DNA of 64,000 nt from Nemertoderma westbladi (GCA_032718475.1 JAUCBJ010007477.1:1-64000); one strand, 5' to 3'; counted from the first letter of the stretch, positions 45,124 through 57,776 are shown. Program-made: numbers and translations. The notes: generated by a model not told the origin, from the sequence alone.

Positions 45124-46675
45124 CCCTATTAGTACCGGGCTATAAAATGTTGTACAAATACCGGGAGGGGGTCATATTGACCCCCCCCTCTAAAATCTAC
45201 AAATATTTACGAAAACGTCTGATTTTTTTTTTGTACGTAGGTATCACTTGTCTAGATCCGACCGAAAAAAAAAATTTTCGAAAAAATGTACTGGGCTGGT
45301 TATATTGCAGCACCAAAATTACAAGTAGTGCACAATTTTCACCAAATTTGAAAGTTACATTTTCGGCTAATTATTTTTCAATACAGGTTTTCTGGGGTGC
45401 AAAATACATTGGAAAATATTAAAAAATTATATTATTACTATAAATGGCTGTTTAGTCCTCTCTGCGTAAGAAAAAAATGAAAAAAACAAGTAACCAGCAC
45501 TTTTCAGTTAGAACACAAAATTTTTAATTCACTTATACGATGCTATAAATTCACATTTTCAGGTTTTCGAGGGCGCTGATTCTAATGGAATACATTTCTA
45601 ATATGCCAGATCATTGCTACTTGTATTTTTCGGCGTAATTTGGCAAATTTTGGTGCTAGCACCAAATTTCGTACCCATCACCTAAAAGTACAAGTTTGCG
45701 ATGTCCAGTGCTGTTTTTATTGATTCCATCGGATTCAGGACCCTCATAAACCCGTATAACGCAAGAAACTAGGTGATACTATCTACTTATCAATTTGCAT
45801 ATTTTCCAAAATTTGGTGCTGGCACAACAATTTTCACCCACCGGCGAAAAATACAAGTTAGAGAACTCTTTTGTAATTTTTACTGTTTCCATTGAATTCA
45901 GAACCATCACAAACCCGTATAACGCAAGAAACAAGGTGACACAATCAATTGATATATTTGATGGTTTTCAAAATTTGGTGCTAGCACCACATTTTGCACC
46001 CACATCCGAAAAATACAAGTTTGAGATGTCTAGTTCGATAATTATATTTTCCATTGAATTCAGAACAGCCATAAACCTCTAAAACGCAAGAAATAAATTG
46101 TCACAAGCAATTTTATATATTGAATGGATTTTCAAAATTTCGTGCTAGCACCAAAATTTGCACACAGCACCGAAAAATACAAGTTTGATACGCTTGGTGC
46201 AACTCGTATATATTTCATCGAATCCAGAACCCCAAAAAACCCCAATTGCGTAAAAAACAAGTTTCAAACGATCAATTTACAAAATTGACTTATTTCAAAA
46301 TTTGGTGCTGGCACCAAAATTTGGCACCCACCGAAAAAACAAGTTTGAAATTTCTAAATCAATTTATATGAATTCCATCAAATTTCTAACACCAAAAAAC
46401 CGGTGTAAATCAAAAATAGAGATGTTACAATTCATATTTAATGAAATGTAATTTTCAAAAAACGTCTCAAAAAAAGTGCCAAAAGTAGGGTTAAAAAATG
46501 GTGCTATAACTCGAAAAGTACCCAATATTTTTGAAAACGGTTTTCACTACTAGGAAGACAATAGATTTTTAGGAAAAGTCATAAAATTTCAGATTCCCAG
46601 CTGCGTTTGTTTCAGAATTATAATAAAAAAACCACGGGGGGGGGGTCATATTGACCCCCCCCGGGTTTAATAGGG
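45124..46675. mobile_element. Non-autonomous piggyBac-like TTAA element
   Basis: TTAA at 45120-45123 and 46676-46679; CCCTATTA...TAATAGGG termini; palindrome GGGGGTCATATTGACCCCC near both ends. Confidence 0.88.
45640..46450. repeat. Five ~163-bp diverged tandem repeats inside the MITE
   Basis: Palindromic AAATTTGGTGCTRGCACCAAA at about 45645, 45809, 45971, 46135, 46298. Confidence 0.85.
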
Positions 46676-48601
46676 TTAAAGTCCGGGATGACGGGTTTCA
46701 AGCAACTGTATAGTGGATGAGCAGTAAGGCCAGGGTTGATAGTGTCACTGTAAGTACGGAACTTGGTAGCTGAGAGTGGTTTATTTAATACACGTAAACG
46801 GACGGAAGTTAGGGGGTCATCGACCTTGTAGTCAAGTGCTGACATTAAACAACGATATCCGGGAGTGTTTGCAGCTTTACAAAGATCATAAATATAATAT
46901 AAAGGCACATCAGTATCGTGCACGGGTAAATTAAACATCTTTTTCACATATTTAAGTCTAGCATTTACAATATAGTGACTAAGTGGTGGGATATTAAACT
47001 CAATTAAGCACAAATCAATTGGTGTTTGTTGACGTACTGAAAGTAAAATTTTAATTAACCTATTGTAGACCGGTTCAATTTGCTTAGTACATGCATTAAC
47101 AGACAACCACGTTTCACAACCATATAAAATAGAAGATATTATACATGCATCAAAAACCTTTTTCTTTAAAGCGAATGGGAGTGATGTATTCTTACTGCAA
47201 AATATTGCAAATTTATTAATTGTTCTCTCACATATGATAATATGATGTTTTAGTGCAGTAGATATGCGGCCATCAGCGGCGAAAACAGAACCTAAATAAA
47301 CATAAAATTCACATGTAGAAATAACTGTAGTACCTAAAATAAATGGTTTACTGTCATTAACATTACCGTTTATTACAAAAAATTTGCTTTTCTTTTGATT
47401 AATTGCCATACCAAAAACAGTACAATAATCGTATAGAGCACGTAATTTAATTTCACAATTTTTCCTAGAAGTTGATACTATTACTGTATCGTCCATAAAC
47501 AAAAGGCAAACTAAAGCACCAAGGAAACTATCACATTTAACAGCTTCTTTTAACATGATGACAAGTTTATTAAGGTACATACAAAATAAAATCCCGCTTG
47601 AAGGCGCCCCCTGGCGGACCCCAATAGTAGTCAGAATTACAGCCGATCTTAAGATAGATTTTGTTGCAGAATACAGCGCTTTAATAATAAATAACATCCG
47701 AAAACCACACCCTGAAGATTTAAGTATTTCAAACATTTTATCACCTGGAGCACGGTCATACGCCTTACTAAAATTAATGAAAACGACGTATAATTTAGAC
47801 TTCTTGAAAATTGCATAATCTATAATGAGTCGAAGTCCGAGGATGTGTTCAATGCAACCTCGGCCTTTTTGAGCTCCTGCCTGACATTTATCTAAATTAA
47901 TCCAATATTTTAACCGATTGTAAATTAATATATCAAAAAACTTTAACAGTGTTGTCATTATACTAAGAACACGGTAATTGCCACAATCTAATCTATTACC
48001 AGATTTGAAACACGTTATTAATTTACTAACAGCCCATTTTACAGGATATATTGCACCAATAAATATTAAATTAAAGATTGATATGGGAAAGCAATTTATG
48101 ACTTGATCTTATGTTGACCTCACATTTCATATTTGAGGTGGCAATATTTGATCTTTGATATATTTATTCATATTGAAATATCTGGAGCAAAAAAATGTTC
48201 AGTCAAATTTAAGGTATAAAATGAACTTATTAAGTTGATCTTCTAAGCACTCCATTATATGTCAGTTTTTAATAAGCAGTTATTGAGTTACAATGATTAA
48301 TGAATGTGTATGGATTCTCTTCTCTATAATGGGCCATACCATTGTATTTATTGAATTTCTTCTTCTGCATTATATACTTGCAGTCTTCTCACCTCTTCTT
48401 TTTCCTACCTACATAGCAATAATAATTTTATTTTATTTATACCATATTTACATTGTACATGATATGTCAAGCTGTTAATAATTACTTAATCATACTTGTC
48501 ATTACCTATTGTATTACATATTAGTGTTTATTGTAGTAATTCATGTTAAGCATAAATATTCAATCCAGTTCATAGTGTAATAGTGTTGTTTGACGCACTG
48601 T

Positions 48602-48995
48602 AGTAGTATGGTAAACACCCGGAATAAAACAGCGTCTACCATAGTCTACCATGTTAAAGAATTTGCCGAACGGCTCTTGCCCCGCCTACTTACTATGATT
48701 ACCATTGTTGCCCCACCCACTTACTACGGTTACCATGGTTACCATTGTGCATATGTAACATATGTCACCACTGTGTATATGTGACATATGCGGTATAAGG
48801 CCAGTTCGCAGGCGGAAGTAATTTAATTAATTCGTGTCTACCGGTTGGCGTTTGACCTTGAACCGCAATAGGTAAAACCCAATATAGTAAGTGGGTTGCA
48901 GACGTTTGTTATACAAGTCTTTAACATGATTTGATTATTCTACTTATGGGGCGAGCCATGAAGTGAGTAATAGCATCGAAGTAAGGTTATTGTAT
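48602..48995. repeat. Terminal inverted repeat of family B (second copy)
   Basis: Matches 216-545; AGTAGT terminus. Confidence 0.82.
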
Positions 48996-49385
48996 TCAAC
49001 TAACGACAGCCACCAATATTACAATTCTATAGTTATTGCTAAGCAACTAGTTGTGGGGCGAGCCGTGAAGTGATTATTGTTATTATAATAATTTTCGAAA
49101 TTATTTCTTACATTAATTTTCGGTAGGTGGTGGTGGTATATAGGCGCTATCGGTGAGTTGTCTTATCGCCGTCCGACGCCAACATAAGTTTTAATTGCTA
49201 ATAACTCTGTTATACAGTGATTTGATGAAAAAATAGGTCGAGCCATGAATCGAACGAAGCCTTAGAATATGGGTACCCGCGCGGCGCGGAGTGAGCAAAG
49301 CCTTTAGCGTGTGGGTACTATTGTTGAATTTTGGCAATTATTTATTGTTATTATATTAATTGTTGAAATTAAATTATTACTTACA

Positions 49386-49811
49386 TTAATGTTGGGTGGG
49401 AGGCGGCGTTCTTGTTTCCCCCACCATTCTTGGGGGGCAGCCACAAGTCGGGCGGACTACCCCACCAACAATTCTACCTGGCTCCACAGGGACTACCCCT
49501 TCTTGCGGCGGATCCGGGGGGAACCACAGCGATAAGCCACGACCACGCCCTCGGGGCCGCCTATTTGGAAATACCATGGCAATAGGCCTAAGAGGCCTGC
49601 CAATCGCCGGATAAAAATTGATAGGCCTATACAACATTGCCATCGGCGTATTAGGCCTTCTAAGGGGTTCAATGGTACCCCCTCGACTCCCCACGCCGTA
49701 AGTTTGGGGCACCCTGCCGGAAACAGGTACTTGTTGGATGGCGGCTGGATGGACGGGATTGTTGTTGGTGGCAACCTCCGAGGTTGATTTATTATCACCG
49801 CCTCTAGCCAT
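49386..49811 (-). CDS. Pro/Arg/Gly-rich hypothetical protein (likely start MARGG)
   Basis: GC-rich open frame; the upstream part of the called ORF is a 24-bp AT-rich tandem repeat (49827-49895). Confidence 0.5.
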   Translation of the reverse strand: MARGGDNKSTSEVATNNNPVHPAAIQQVPVSGRVPQTYGVGSRGGTIEPLRRPNTPMAMLYRPINFYPAIGRPLRPIAMVFPNRRPRGRGRGLSLWFPPDPPQEGVVPVEPGRIVGGVVRPTCGCPPRMVGETRTPPPTQH

Positions 49812-50302
49812 TATATGTTTTAGTTTATAATAATTTAATAATGTAACTTTATAATAATTTAATAATGTAACTTTATAATAATTTAATAATGTAATTAATA
49901 ATAAAGTGAATTCGGTATCGCTATTATTGTCTAATGCGCGTAGCGTGGATTGAGATTCAGGCCTTTGTGTTAACCACATAGGTTGGGCGGCAGATGCTTG
50001 TTATATAACGGAAAGAGTTGGGTCCCAATGTGCTCTATACCAATTATTATTATTCCAGTTTTACCAGCCGCCCACACGTTAAAGAGACCCCCGCAAGGTT
50101 TCTGTGATTGGCGATGAAAATTAAAAACGAATAGTGCTGCGTAAAGACCCCAACCCGCGTCACTTGCCGTGTCCCATATATTTATTAAAAATATTGCTAT
50201 TACTATATACCCAAGAAATAAATATTTATTATTAATTAATATTAACGCTAATAATATATTCACACACCGCAATTGAATATACCCATAACCGAAATAAATA
50301 AA

Positions 50303-50746
50303 TTATTTTATTAATGAAAGTGTCCACAGTAATAACAATAAATCATTGTACCGCAAATTAGAGGTGAATATATTCATTGCTCCAGGATTTTTCGGCACCT
50401 CGGTTAAGTAATACAGACAAAATAGACCACACTGAGTCGATTGCGGCGCTTGAAATATTTTACGATTCCAAGTATGCCTTTGGGTATATTTATGCAACCA
50501 ATATGATATTTTCGGTGGAGGGGCTTTACCAAACGAATCTAAATAATAAGCAATTCTCTTAACCACGCGTACGCAAGACCAGTGTTGCCCTGGTAGGCCT
50601 ATACGTTGATTATTAATAATAAATGAATAATTTTGTTTATGCTTATTTTTTTTTTTTGCGTGTATTAGGTGTAATTGGTCGATTGCGTAAACACCAATGT
50701 ATTCGGGCCCCACCGGGAATTTCGCTAATTGTATAGAGTCCAGCAT
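50303..50746 (-). CDS. Adenain-like cysteine protease (family B)
   Basis: PGQHWSCV, YLDSFG, FQAPQSTQCGLFCLYY. Confidence 0.9.
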   Translation of the reverse strand: MLDSIQLAKFPVGPEYIGVYAIDQLHLIHAKKKNKHKQNYSFIINNQRIGLPGQHWSCVRVVKRIAYYLDSFGKAPPPKISYWLHKYTQRHTWNRKIFQAPQSTQCGLFCLYYLTEVPKNPGAMNIFTSNLRYNDLLLLLWTLSLIK

Positions 50747-50840
50747 CTTAGCGTGAGCGTATCATTAAAAGTTTAAGATAATTTTTCTAATTCCGCAGGC
50801 GGTGTGGCTTCGCTTACTTTGTACTATGCAAGATCTTTAT

Positions 50841-51818
50841 TTATTCGGTTATTATTTCCTTGGCTTCCGAAATAGATAGAAGAGAGTCATAGCTTGCCAT
50901 TAATATAACGTTAATAGTGTTAACTAGCGCATTACTAAATTTCAGAATCAAATGCCCGCTTGTATGAATACTAGGTTGAATCTCATGGCTTTGGTCGCCT
51001 CCCGCAGTAAGATCGAATACGATCAAAGGAAATTGGGTACGAAACCGTTCTGGTGTTAGCGAGCAAAATACGCCGCTCAAGCTCTTGAACACGTTCATTA
51101 AACTTTCGAATTCCAACATAAAATTGTTTTCCAGAAAGTTAGGGCGATATGGATACCTGTGTATAATACGGGAGTCGATGTTTAGTTCGGCATAATTTAA
51201 ACCGAAATGGTTAAAATGTAGCGAATTGCTGCTTAATTCCCCGTTGAAGCTGGCGTTGGTAAGCATTCCAATCAATATATACTTAGGTAATTTCCCTTGG
51301 ATTATATTCGATTCTGTATAACTGGACTGTCCGCCGCCAATAGTGAAGGTTTTCACTTCTTGTTTTAACAAGTTATAAATAAAGTCATTTTTTTGTGACC
51401 CCAACAAATGCGCGCGCATAACCTCGGCATCAATCCTGTGGCGTTTTATTTTTAAATTAATATTCATGATTTCAACTCTTGGGTTTACCAATCCTGCGGG
51501 GGGTTCAACTTTCAAAATATTCAACAATACATTTAAATATAACGAACAATTTTCAAATAGTGACCCACCTGGGTAATTGAGATGGTGGAGGGTTGTATCG
51601 TCATTAGCCCTATTACCATCCCACGTAATTGTATATTTAATGTGAAATTTCGAATTCTTTAAATCAGTATATAGAACATTTGACTGGGGTATAAAGAACT
51701 CTATTTGCCTGGCATTCGCGTCAAGAGTAGAAATCGGGTAGATATCCAAAAAATGTGAAGATGTATATTCTCGCTGATTTGTTTTACTCGAGAATAATGA
51801 TAATTCTAATTTACTCAT
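50841..51818 (-). pseudogene. Major capsid protein (family B) with in-frame internal deletion
   Basis: ELSLFS, NYPGGSLF, LPKYILIGM, FDLT; ~90 aa shorter than family A MCP, gap near 51530. Confidence 0.85.
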
Positions 51819-51827
51819 TTTGTTAAG

Positions 51828-52340
51828 TTACATAAAAATATCACGGCATTTATTATTTCGCTTTTTACGTTTGCGCCCAACGTTCATACCCGCACTTGGG
51901 TGTCGCCGTTTCCCGCTCCTCTTTTTTTTACTTTTCGGGTTTGTAAATTCATTGTATACCCGTTGGGCGATTTGGCGTGTCTTTGGATGAGGTTCTAACT
52001 GCGCGGCCACTTTATTTATCAAATCATCTGCTTTACTGCGTAAAATACGTTTTCCTTCCGGTATTATGTATTTCCGCGCTACTTTTGCTGCTTTAGGGAG
52101 CACTTTAGTTAGCACCTTTCTCCCTAATTTGCGTGCTAATATACCGAGGCCAGTTGTTAATATTCCGCGCCCACGCTGACGATTTTGGGTGTATCTCCAG
52201 CCGAATTTATTATTCTTATTATTCCATATACCAGTAGATGGGCCAAACCCGGGGAGAATGCTTCCACCCTTAAAAACGGGTATATCGCTATAATTCCCAC
52301 TTCCCAGTTGGATTTGTGGGGCGCTATATAATTTAAACAA
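51828..52340 (-). CDS. Basic core protein (family B)
   Basis: QLGSG, PVFKGG, QRGRG-IL; homologous to 32099-32662; start uncertain. Confidence 0.7.
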   Translation of the reverse strand: MFKLYSAPQIQLGSGNYSDIPVFKGGSILPGFGPSTGIWNNKNNKFGWRYTQNRQRGRGILTTGLGILARKLGRKVLTKVLPKAAKVARKYIIPEGKRILRSKADDLINKVAAQLEPHPKTRQIAQRVYNEFTNPKSKKKRSGKRRHPSAGMNVGRKRKKRNNKCRDIFM

Positions 52341-52465
52341 ATCAGAATTATTATTATAATGAGTATTTATTATAACATATAATAATAATTCTTTACTACA
52401 TACGTATATGTGTAATCAACAAATATAAGTAGCATATAATAACACAATAATTAATTATATATACA

Positions 52466-53060
52466 TTAATTCGATGATAACCATTTCCCATAACCAACCA
52501 CGAGTTTCGCAGAACAATAATTAAAACAAGAATCGCTATTATCAGAATGGTAGGCACAATTTGTTATTCCTGAATAATCGTGGAAAAGACATTTGGTGTC
52601 ATAATCGGCATATTTTTTGTTTATGCCATAAGTTTCTAGAAGTGTTCCATTCACATTAAATTCATTTTTTAAAATAAATAATTTCGGTATTCCGCGTATT
52701 AATATTTGAAACCCCAACCTTTTTTTTTCTTGTAACCATTCCTGTATGTACATTTTAAATGCGCTTTGGTCCATAAATCCGTAGTCAAAATTAATGTGAT
52801 GCGTAATATTGGCGAGTTGTGTGAGACGATCGTATTCGCTTAAACTTAAAATTTTTGCGGGTGGACCATTAATAAACCATACGTTTTCTAATGATTTGAT
52901 GGTAGTATTATAAGCCGCAAACTCTTTAAATAAATGGTTGCAACGGGGTGTTGGCCGATCTGCAGAAGATGCGTATAATATTGGAAATCTACTATTATTC
53001 CTGGGTTTCCCAGCGTCAGGTAATAATCACGCCCACGGCTGCGACTTAGAAATTTATCCA
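52466..53060 (-). pseudogene. DEDD-like protein (family B), 5' part disrupted
   Basis: FKEFAAY...INGPP upstream of the called ORF; CLFHD...CAYH...CFNYCSAK matches 34128-34703. Confidence 0.6.
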
Positions 53061-53135
53061 TATAGTCGCTATAACTTCAGATAATCAGATAATAATAAAT
53101 AATAAATAATTTACATCGATTAAATTGTGACTATC

Positions 53136-53939
53136 TCAATCAATTCGTATAAAATGAAGTGTCAATATTGAATTTCCATAATGAAAGCGCAACAAATTTC
53201 CGGAATCTCCAATCAATCGAACTCGTATATAACGTAAATTAGATGTTGAATTAACTTTTTTATAGTAGACTTCCTCAACTTCTCGACTAATAATTTGCCC
53301 ATATTCCCCTTCTATGGGTATGCTACGCAACAGAGGGTATTCGCTATTGTCTACAAATTGAGGTTCGACGCAATTGATATGTATATTTATGTTGGGTTCC
53401 AGTATTTCGACAGCATTAGGATGCTTATGGCAGTCGTACTTATTATTCCGTGAATCAATCCTTAACAAGTGATAATCCCCTACAGCATTTTGCACACACA
53501 TAAAACCTTTGCCATCAACCTCGTGTTCTGTTAATCCTAGGTAACCACCCAAACGTTTACTGACAAATATCGACAACTGTTTACCTTTAAAATGTATGGT
53601 TATATTACCAGAGCGTGCTGTATTATCAATTATATTAATTTGGCCTTTAATAAGGCTTTTGTTGAAGTACTCAATGATCCTTTCCAATGATAGGAAAGAT
53701 CCTTCGGGGAGAGTAACATCTCTTGTAAACATTTTTTTATTTTTTATGGCCTTTATATAAATGTCGCTATTGTCATACCTGATACTAGATACGTACATTA
53801 TACCGGTTAAACCTATTAACCATTGCCCTTTAGCGAAAGGTAAAGGAATTTGCAAATTTGTTTGGAAATCGCTGGCGCTATTACGCGGGAATTCTATGGG
53901 GTTTGCGTTTGAGGGTAGTACAACGTAATAACTGTTCAT
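53136..53939 (-). CDS. Minor capsid protein 2 (family B)
   Basis: YYVVLPSN...FPRNSASDF, PLLRSIP, ILTLHF. Confidence 0.85.
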   Translation of the reverse strand: MNSYYVVLPSNANPIEFPRNSASDFQTNLQIPLPFAKGQWLIGLTGIMYVSSIRYDNSDIYIKAIKNKKMFTRDVTLPEGSFLSLERIIEYFNKSLIKGQINIIDNTARSGNITIHFKGKQLSIFVSKRLGGYLGLTEHEVDGKGFMCVQNAVGDYHLLRIDSRNNKYDCHKHPNAVEILEPNINIHINCVEPQFVDNSEYPLLRSIPIEGEYGQIISREVEEVYYKKVNSTSNLRYIRVRLIGDSGNLLRFHYGNSILTLHFIRID

Positions 53940-54285
53940 TCTTGTAGTTTTTGTCGCAGTTGTTGTTTTTTGAGTTCTAGAACTAAAATTGTTTTACCTC
54001 CATGAAAGACTATATGCTTTCCTTTATGGTCGCGAAGCGTTATACTAATTGTATCGAGCACTTTTTTATTTCTTAATTGTTTGTAATGTGTGTTTTTGAA
54101 TTCCAGGTTTATGAATGAGTATGGTTCCCATTTCAAAGGGATTATCCGCAAAAGAGGCGCCATCGAATGTCCTACGTGAGAAGATTCAATCATATCTGTA
54201 TATATAAACATTGTGTGTCTATCCCTCGTTATATCGCAAGGTTCGGGGAATTCAACTCCATCCATTTTGTTTGTATCTTTACAGC
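53936..54285 (-). pseudogene. Minor capsid protein 1 (family B), 3' part only
   Basis: MFIYTDMIESSHVGHSMAPLLR, ITLRDHKG; cut by the A3 terminus. Confidence 0.85.
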
Positions 54286-54930
54286 AGTAGTAGAAGAAGA
54301 GGTGACCCCGAGGAAGTCCTCCCTAGCTTGGGCTATGGCCATACCACTCGGAGGACTATTAAAAATGCCAAATTCCGATGCTAAATTACGGTGTTTAATT
54401 GGCCACATCTGTCACCATCGAGGTAGTTACCATCAACCAATCGTAGCGTATTCACCTACACGTAGCCTAACCTCGCGTTGCCCACCTTACTCATCGGCAG
54501 CTGTTACCTACCTACCATCCGATAGTATTGATTCGTATCATTGCTGCAACAACCATCCATTACATATTCATCTTCGCGTAGCCTAACTTCTCGACGCATG
54601 GCTAGCCCCCAACCCATCACTATTCGATCAACTGCTGTTACCCACCCACTCACCAACCAACCAACCAACAGCGATACACCCTTCGATTATTCCCCTTTTC
54701 GCCACGCTACCACCTCCACATACTGTATATGGGGACTAAAACGATAACGTGGCCATCTACACGATGCATATACCAAGTCGTTATATTACAGTATATTATA
54801 TCGATTGCCAACTCAACGATTTACGTCCCTCCGTTGATAGAGCTACTCAACTGCTGTCACCAAACCAACAAACCAACCACTCAGTATGATACATGTGCAT
54901 GAAATTCCGCCACGTTCCAGCTACACGTAT
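54286..54930. repeat. Left TIR of copy A3
   Basis: Inverted match to 23110-23719. Confidence 0.85.
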
Positions 54931-55172
54931 ACACACATTAGTGATTATTATTATTTACGCAATAATTTTTAATTAAACTGCATTTTCCCTCCTGGCTAAT
55001 CAACCAATCAATAAACCTAATTTAGGCTATTTCTCAGTTTAAGACCTGTATTATTTTTGAAAATATCTTATATATATAATCTCTTGCTTTAATCACAATT
55101 AATCATTTGTAATGATTTTAGTTTAAAAGTTTTTACTTTGTTTGTTTGATTTACAATAAAATAAATTAAATA

Positions 55173-55616
55173 ATGTCTTCTGATTCCGATATGGTTATGC
55201 CAATAGTAAGGCATTCATTTTTTGCAGAAGATGGTCAAGCCTATATTGTTATTGATTATACAATTTACCGTCATGGCGATGATAAATATAAAATTGAGTT
55301 TTCTGAAAAAGCTAGGAAAGTTTTAAGCTCAATTGATATTAGTGCTTCTGATAATAGTATTCATCTCTTAGATTACAACCTGAAAGCTGAGCATCAGGGA
55401 AAATTAAGCAACATCTTACTATTATCCATGATAGAGGGGTTTATTGTTATTACACAATACAACGAAGCTGGTGAAAAGTTTGAAATACGGCTAAATCGGC
55501 ATAGCCCCTATGAAATTATGTCTTTCTTTATTGTAATGATTTCAAAAGAATCCTTTGTCGAAACTGAAGAATCAACGGATAATGTTGAATATGTTGATAA
55601 TATCATTGATTCTTGA
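55173..55616 (+). CDS. Hypothetical protein (orthologue of 25842-26288)
   Basis: 147 aa, near-identical. Confidence 0.75.
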   Translation: MSSDSDMVMPIVRHSFFAEDGQAYIVIDYTIYRHGDDKYKIEFSEKARKVLSSIDISASDNSIHLLDYNLKAEHQGKLSNILLLSMIEGFIVITQYNEAGEKFEIRLNRHSPYEIMSFFIVMISKESFVETEESTDNVEYVDNIIDS

Positions 55617-55778
55617 CTTTTCCCACTATATTATAAATATTTTATGATTATATATAAAATTTTGTTGTTTTTAAATAATCGAAAATTGTAGTAGTATTTG
55701 TATATACAGCATAACAGTTTTGTTTGTTGTTGTTGTGTATTGTGGTAATTATTTTCAATTTACTTTAAAATTTGGAAA

Positions 55779-56231
55779 ATGGATATTTTAAATGAAAAAT
55801 GTCCAGTTTGCTATTCTAAGTTATTGCAACAACATCGAGATTATTATAAATGTGAAAATAAACATGCAACTTGCGTACAATGTATTGTACAATATTCCGA
55901 AATGAATAATTATTGTTCTAAAATTTGTCCTATTTGTCACGCACCCATATCTAAGTTTAATATAAAGTTGGCAAGATACCAACCCTATTATTGGAAAGAG
56001 CTTCGCAATATAACTTATATTTCCGCGGAAAGTAATGATCCGGGAGATTTATTTACAATATTGGAGAATATTTTTTATAGAAATGTAGTACGACGCTGTT
56101 GCTACTATATTCCTTATTTTTTTAGCAGCGAACATAAAAAAATCATTAGCGCGAAATTTTCGGGAAGTGATTTCCAAACCGCCGATGTTACCTATCATTA
56201 TTTCGCGTATAAAGATGCTCACCATGCTTGA
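55779..56231 (+). CDS. RING finger protein
   Basis: C3HC4 motif as at 26460. Confidence 0.85.
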   Translation: MDILNEKCPVCYSKLLQQHRDYYKCENKHATCVQCIVQYSEMNNYCSKICPICHAPISKFNIKLARYQPYYWKELRNITYISAESNDPGDLFTILENIFYRNVVRRCCYYIPYFFSSEHKKIISAKFSGSDFQTADVTYHYFAYKDAHHA

Positions 56232-56447
56232 AATTACATCAGTCTATACTATAATTGGAAATAGCACCTTTTGCTGCAGTGAGCATCACATACTGTAGCG
56301 GCGTCATATGTTAATTAAATATACAGTACTCTAATATTGTAGTTGCATCAATTATTGTTATATACATAGTAATGGTGTTGGTTTATTGATATTGATATTG
56401 ATTTTATATTATATTGTATTGTTGATATATCTTAATAATAATAATAA

Positions 56448-57131
56448 ATGGCTGACTTTAATTTAGGTCCATATAATTTAAACTTTCAAATGGGAACGAG
56501 TATGATAATTTCAGGGCCATCTGGTTCTGGAAAGTCAACCTTTGTAAGCAATTTAATTAAACACAAGAATGGTTGTTTCAACGAAGCCCCCTTGCGAGTA
56601 TTGTATTGTTACGGGAGCAATCCCCCGACTATTCCTGGTATTACTCACCTTTACAAAGGCTTGCCTGAAAATATAGATAGTTTAGTGAATAGTCGAGATT
56701 TATTAATTATAGATGATTTGTTAACAGAAACTGATTTCAGTACAGCATTAACTGTATTGTTTACTAAGGTAGCTCATCATTCCAATATATGTATTTGTTT
56801 TATAACGCAAAACATGTTTTACGGTGGGAAGCATAACCGCACAAGATCAATTAATAGCCATACTTTAGTATTAATGAAAAATCCGAGAGACAGTCTATCG
56901 GTTTTAAATTTCGCGAAGCAGATGTTACCAGGGCAGACCAAATTTTTAGTTGATTCCTATCAAGATGCGACAATTCAACCATTTTCACATTTCTTAATTG
57001 ATTTACGACAGGAAACACCCGAACATTTAAGATTTAGATCTGATATATTTCGTAATCATAATTGTTACATTAAAAATTACACTGACTATAAACGTAGCGA
57101 AAATAATAATAATAATAATAATGATAAATAA
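56448..57131 (+). CDS. A32/FtsK-like packaging ATPase, intact
   Basis: GPSGSGKS, LLIIDDL, HHSNICICFITQN, KNPRD, IDL. Confidence 0.93.
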   Translation: MADFNLGPYNLNFQMGTSMIISGPSGSGKSTFVSNLIKHKNGCFNEAPLRVLYCYGSNPPTIPGITHLYKGLPENIDSLVNSRDLLIIDDLLTETDFSTALTVLFTKVAHHSNICICFITQNMFYGGKHNRTRSINSHTLVLMKNPRDSLSVLNFAKQMLPGQTKFLVDSYQDATIQPFSHFLIDLRQETPEHLRFRSDIFRNHNCYIKNYTDYKRSENNNNNNNDK

Positions 57132-57168
57132 TTAATATTTTGTAACAATTTTCAATAATGTTGCAACA

Positions 57169-57552
57169 ATGAATAGACTTGTGCAGAAATATCGTAACGA
57201 CCTGGAATTTCTACGCAGCGCTACCCCTCAACAAAGAACTTATTTTATTAACCATACCGCGAGTAACGAATTAATACGGCTCATTGTAAATACTCCATTA
57301 AATGTTCTAAAAGGTAATGTACAATTAACCCCTCATTCATTTAGAAATATTCGCCGCTATAAGAAGGTATTGAAATCACTCAACCGTAAAACAAAAAATA
57401 TATCAAGTTACAGAAAAAAGTTAAGCAATCAATCTGGAGGAATTCTACCGTTTCTAATACCCTTACTCGGCATTGGTGCGAAACTCGCTGCGAGTGCCGG
57501 AGCCGCCGCCGCTGGAGCAGCTATTGCGAAAAAAATTAACCGTGGACGGTAA
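57169..57552 (+). CDS. Virion protein with QSGG site and amphipathic tail
   Basis: Orthologue of 28442-28825. Confidence 0.7.
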   Translation: MNRLVQKYRNDLEFLRSATPQQRTYFINHTASNELIRLIVNTPLNVLKGNVQLTPHSFRNIRRYKKVLKSLNRKTKNISSYRKKLSNQSGGILPFLIPLLGIGAKLAASAGAAAAGAAIAKKINRGR

Positions 57553-57554
57553 TA

Positions 57555-57725
57555 ATGGTTAAAACAGGAGTAACATTTAGAAAATTATATTTAGTATCGA
57601 GTAAACCGTTAGCTACTGATTTAAAACCTCAAGATATACCTAGAGTAAATACTACAAAAAGAAAACCCTTTAAAACATCAACTTCAAAGAAAATAATTAA
57701 AAAATTTCAGTTGTTCTTACGGTGA
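57555..57725 (+). CDS. Small basic protein (56 aa)
   Basis: Orthologue of 28828-28995. Confidence 0.6.
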   Translation: MVKTGVTFRKLYLVSSKPLATDLKPQDIPRVNTTKRKPFKTSTSKKIIKKFQLFLR

Positions 57726-57776
57726 TGCCCTTTATAAGAGATTTGAATATACATATTACTTGCGGTTGTCGAAAAG

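Larger units (their letters stand above)
44846..47958 (-). pseudogene. LINE reverse transcriptase, split at 45124-46675
   Basis: QAGAQKGR, FSKAYD, GVRQG, LFMDD, YLGS, LYGCETW; removing the MITE restores PDFKRVHFTRLRLMSH. Confidence 0.9.
44684..48075 (-). mobile_element. 5'-truncated LINE with (CTA)n tail, interrupted by a MITE
   Basis: RT ORF plus SHRLRVETGRW...CYC...EHHVLLKC zinc knuckle; (TAG)n at 44684-44704 on the plus strand. Confidence 0.85.
48602..54285 (-). mobile_element. Polinton family B, structural-gene arm, interrupted by copy A3
   Basis: TIR at 48602 followed by protease, MCP, core, DEDD-like and two minor capsid genes on the minus strand. Confidence 0.9.

Noticed and set aside
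45640-46450. Palindromic repeats at regular spacing resembling CRISPR
   Set aside because: Whole 163-bp units are homologous, so it is a tandem satellite inside a MITE
216-48995. Direct repeats at 216 and 48602 as LTRs of one giant element
   Set aside because: AGTAGT termini, different inner genes and no TG..CA or shared TSD; better explained as opposite ends of two family B Polintons
49970-50272. Hydrophobic 100-aa ORF in family B
   Set aside because: No ATG start, single copy, AT-rich; cannot be supported
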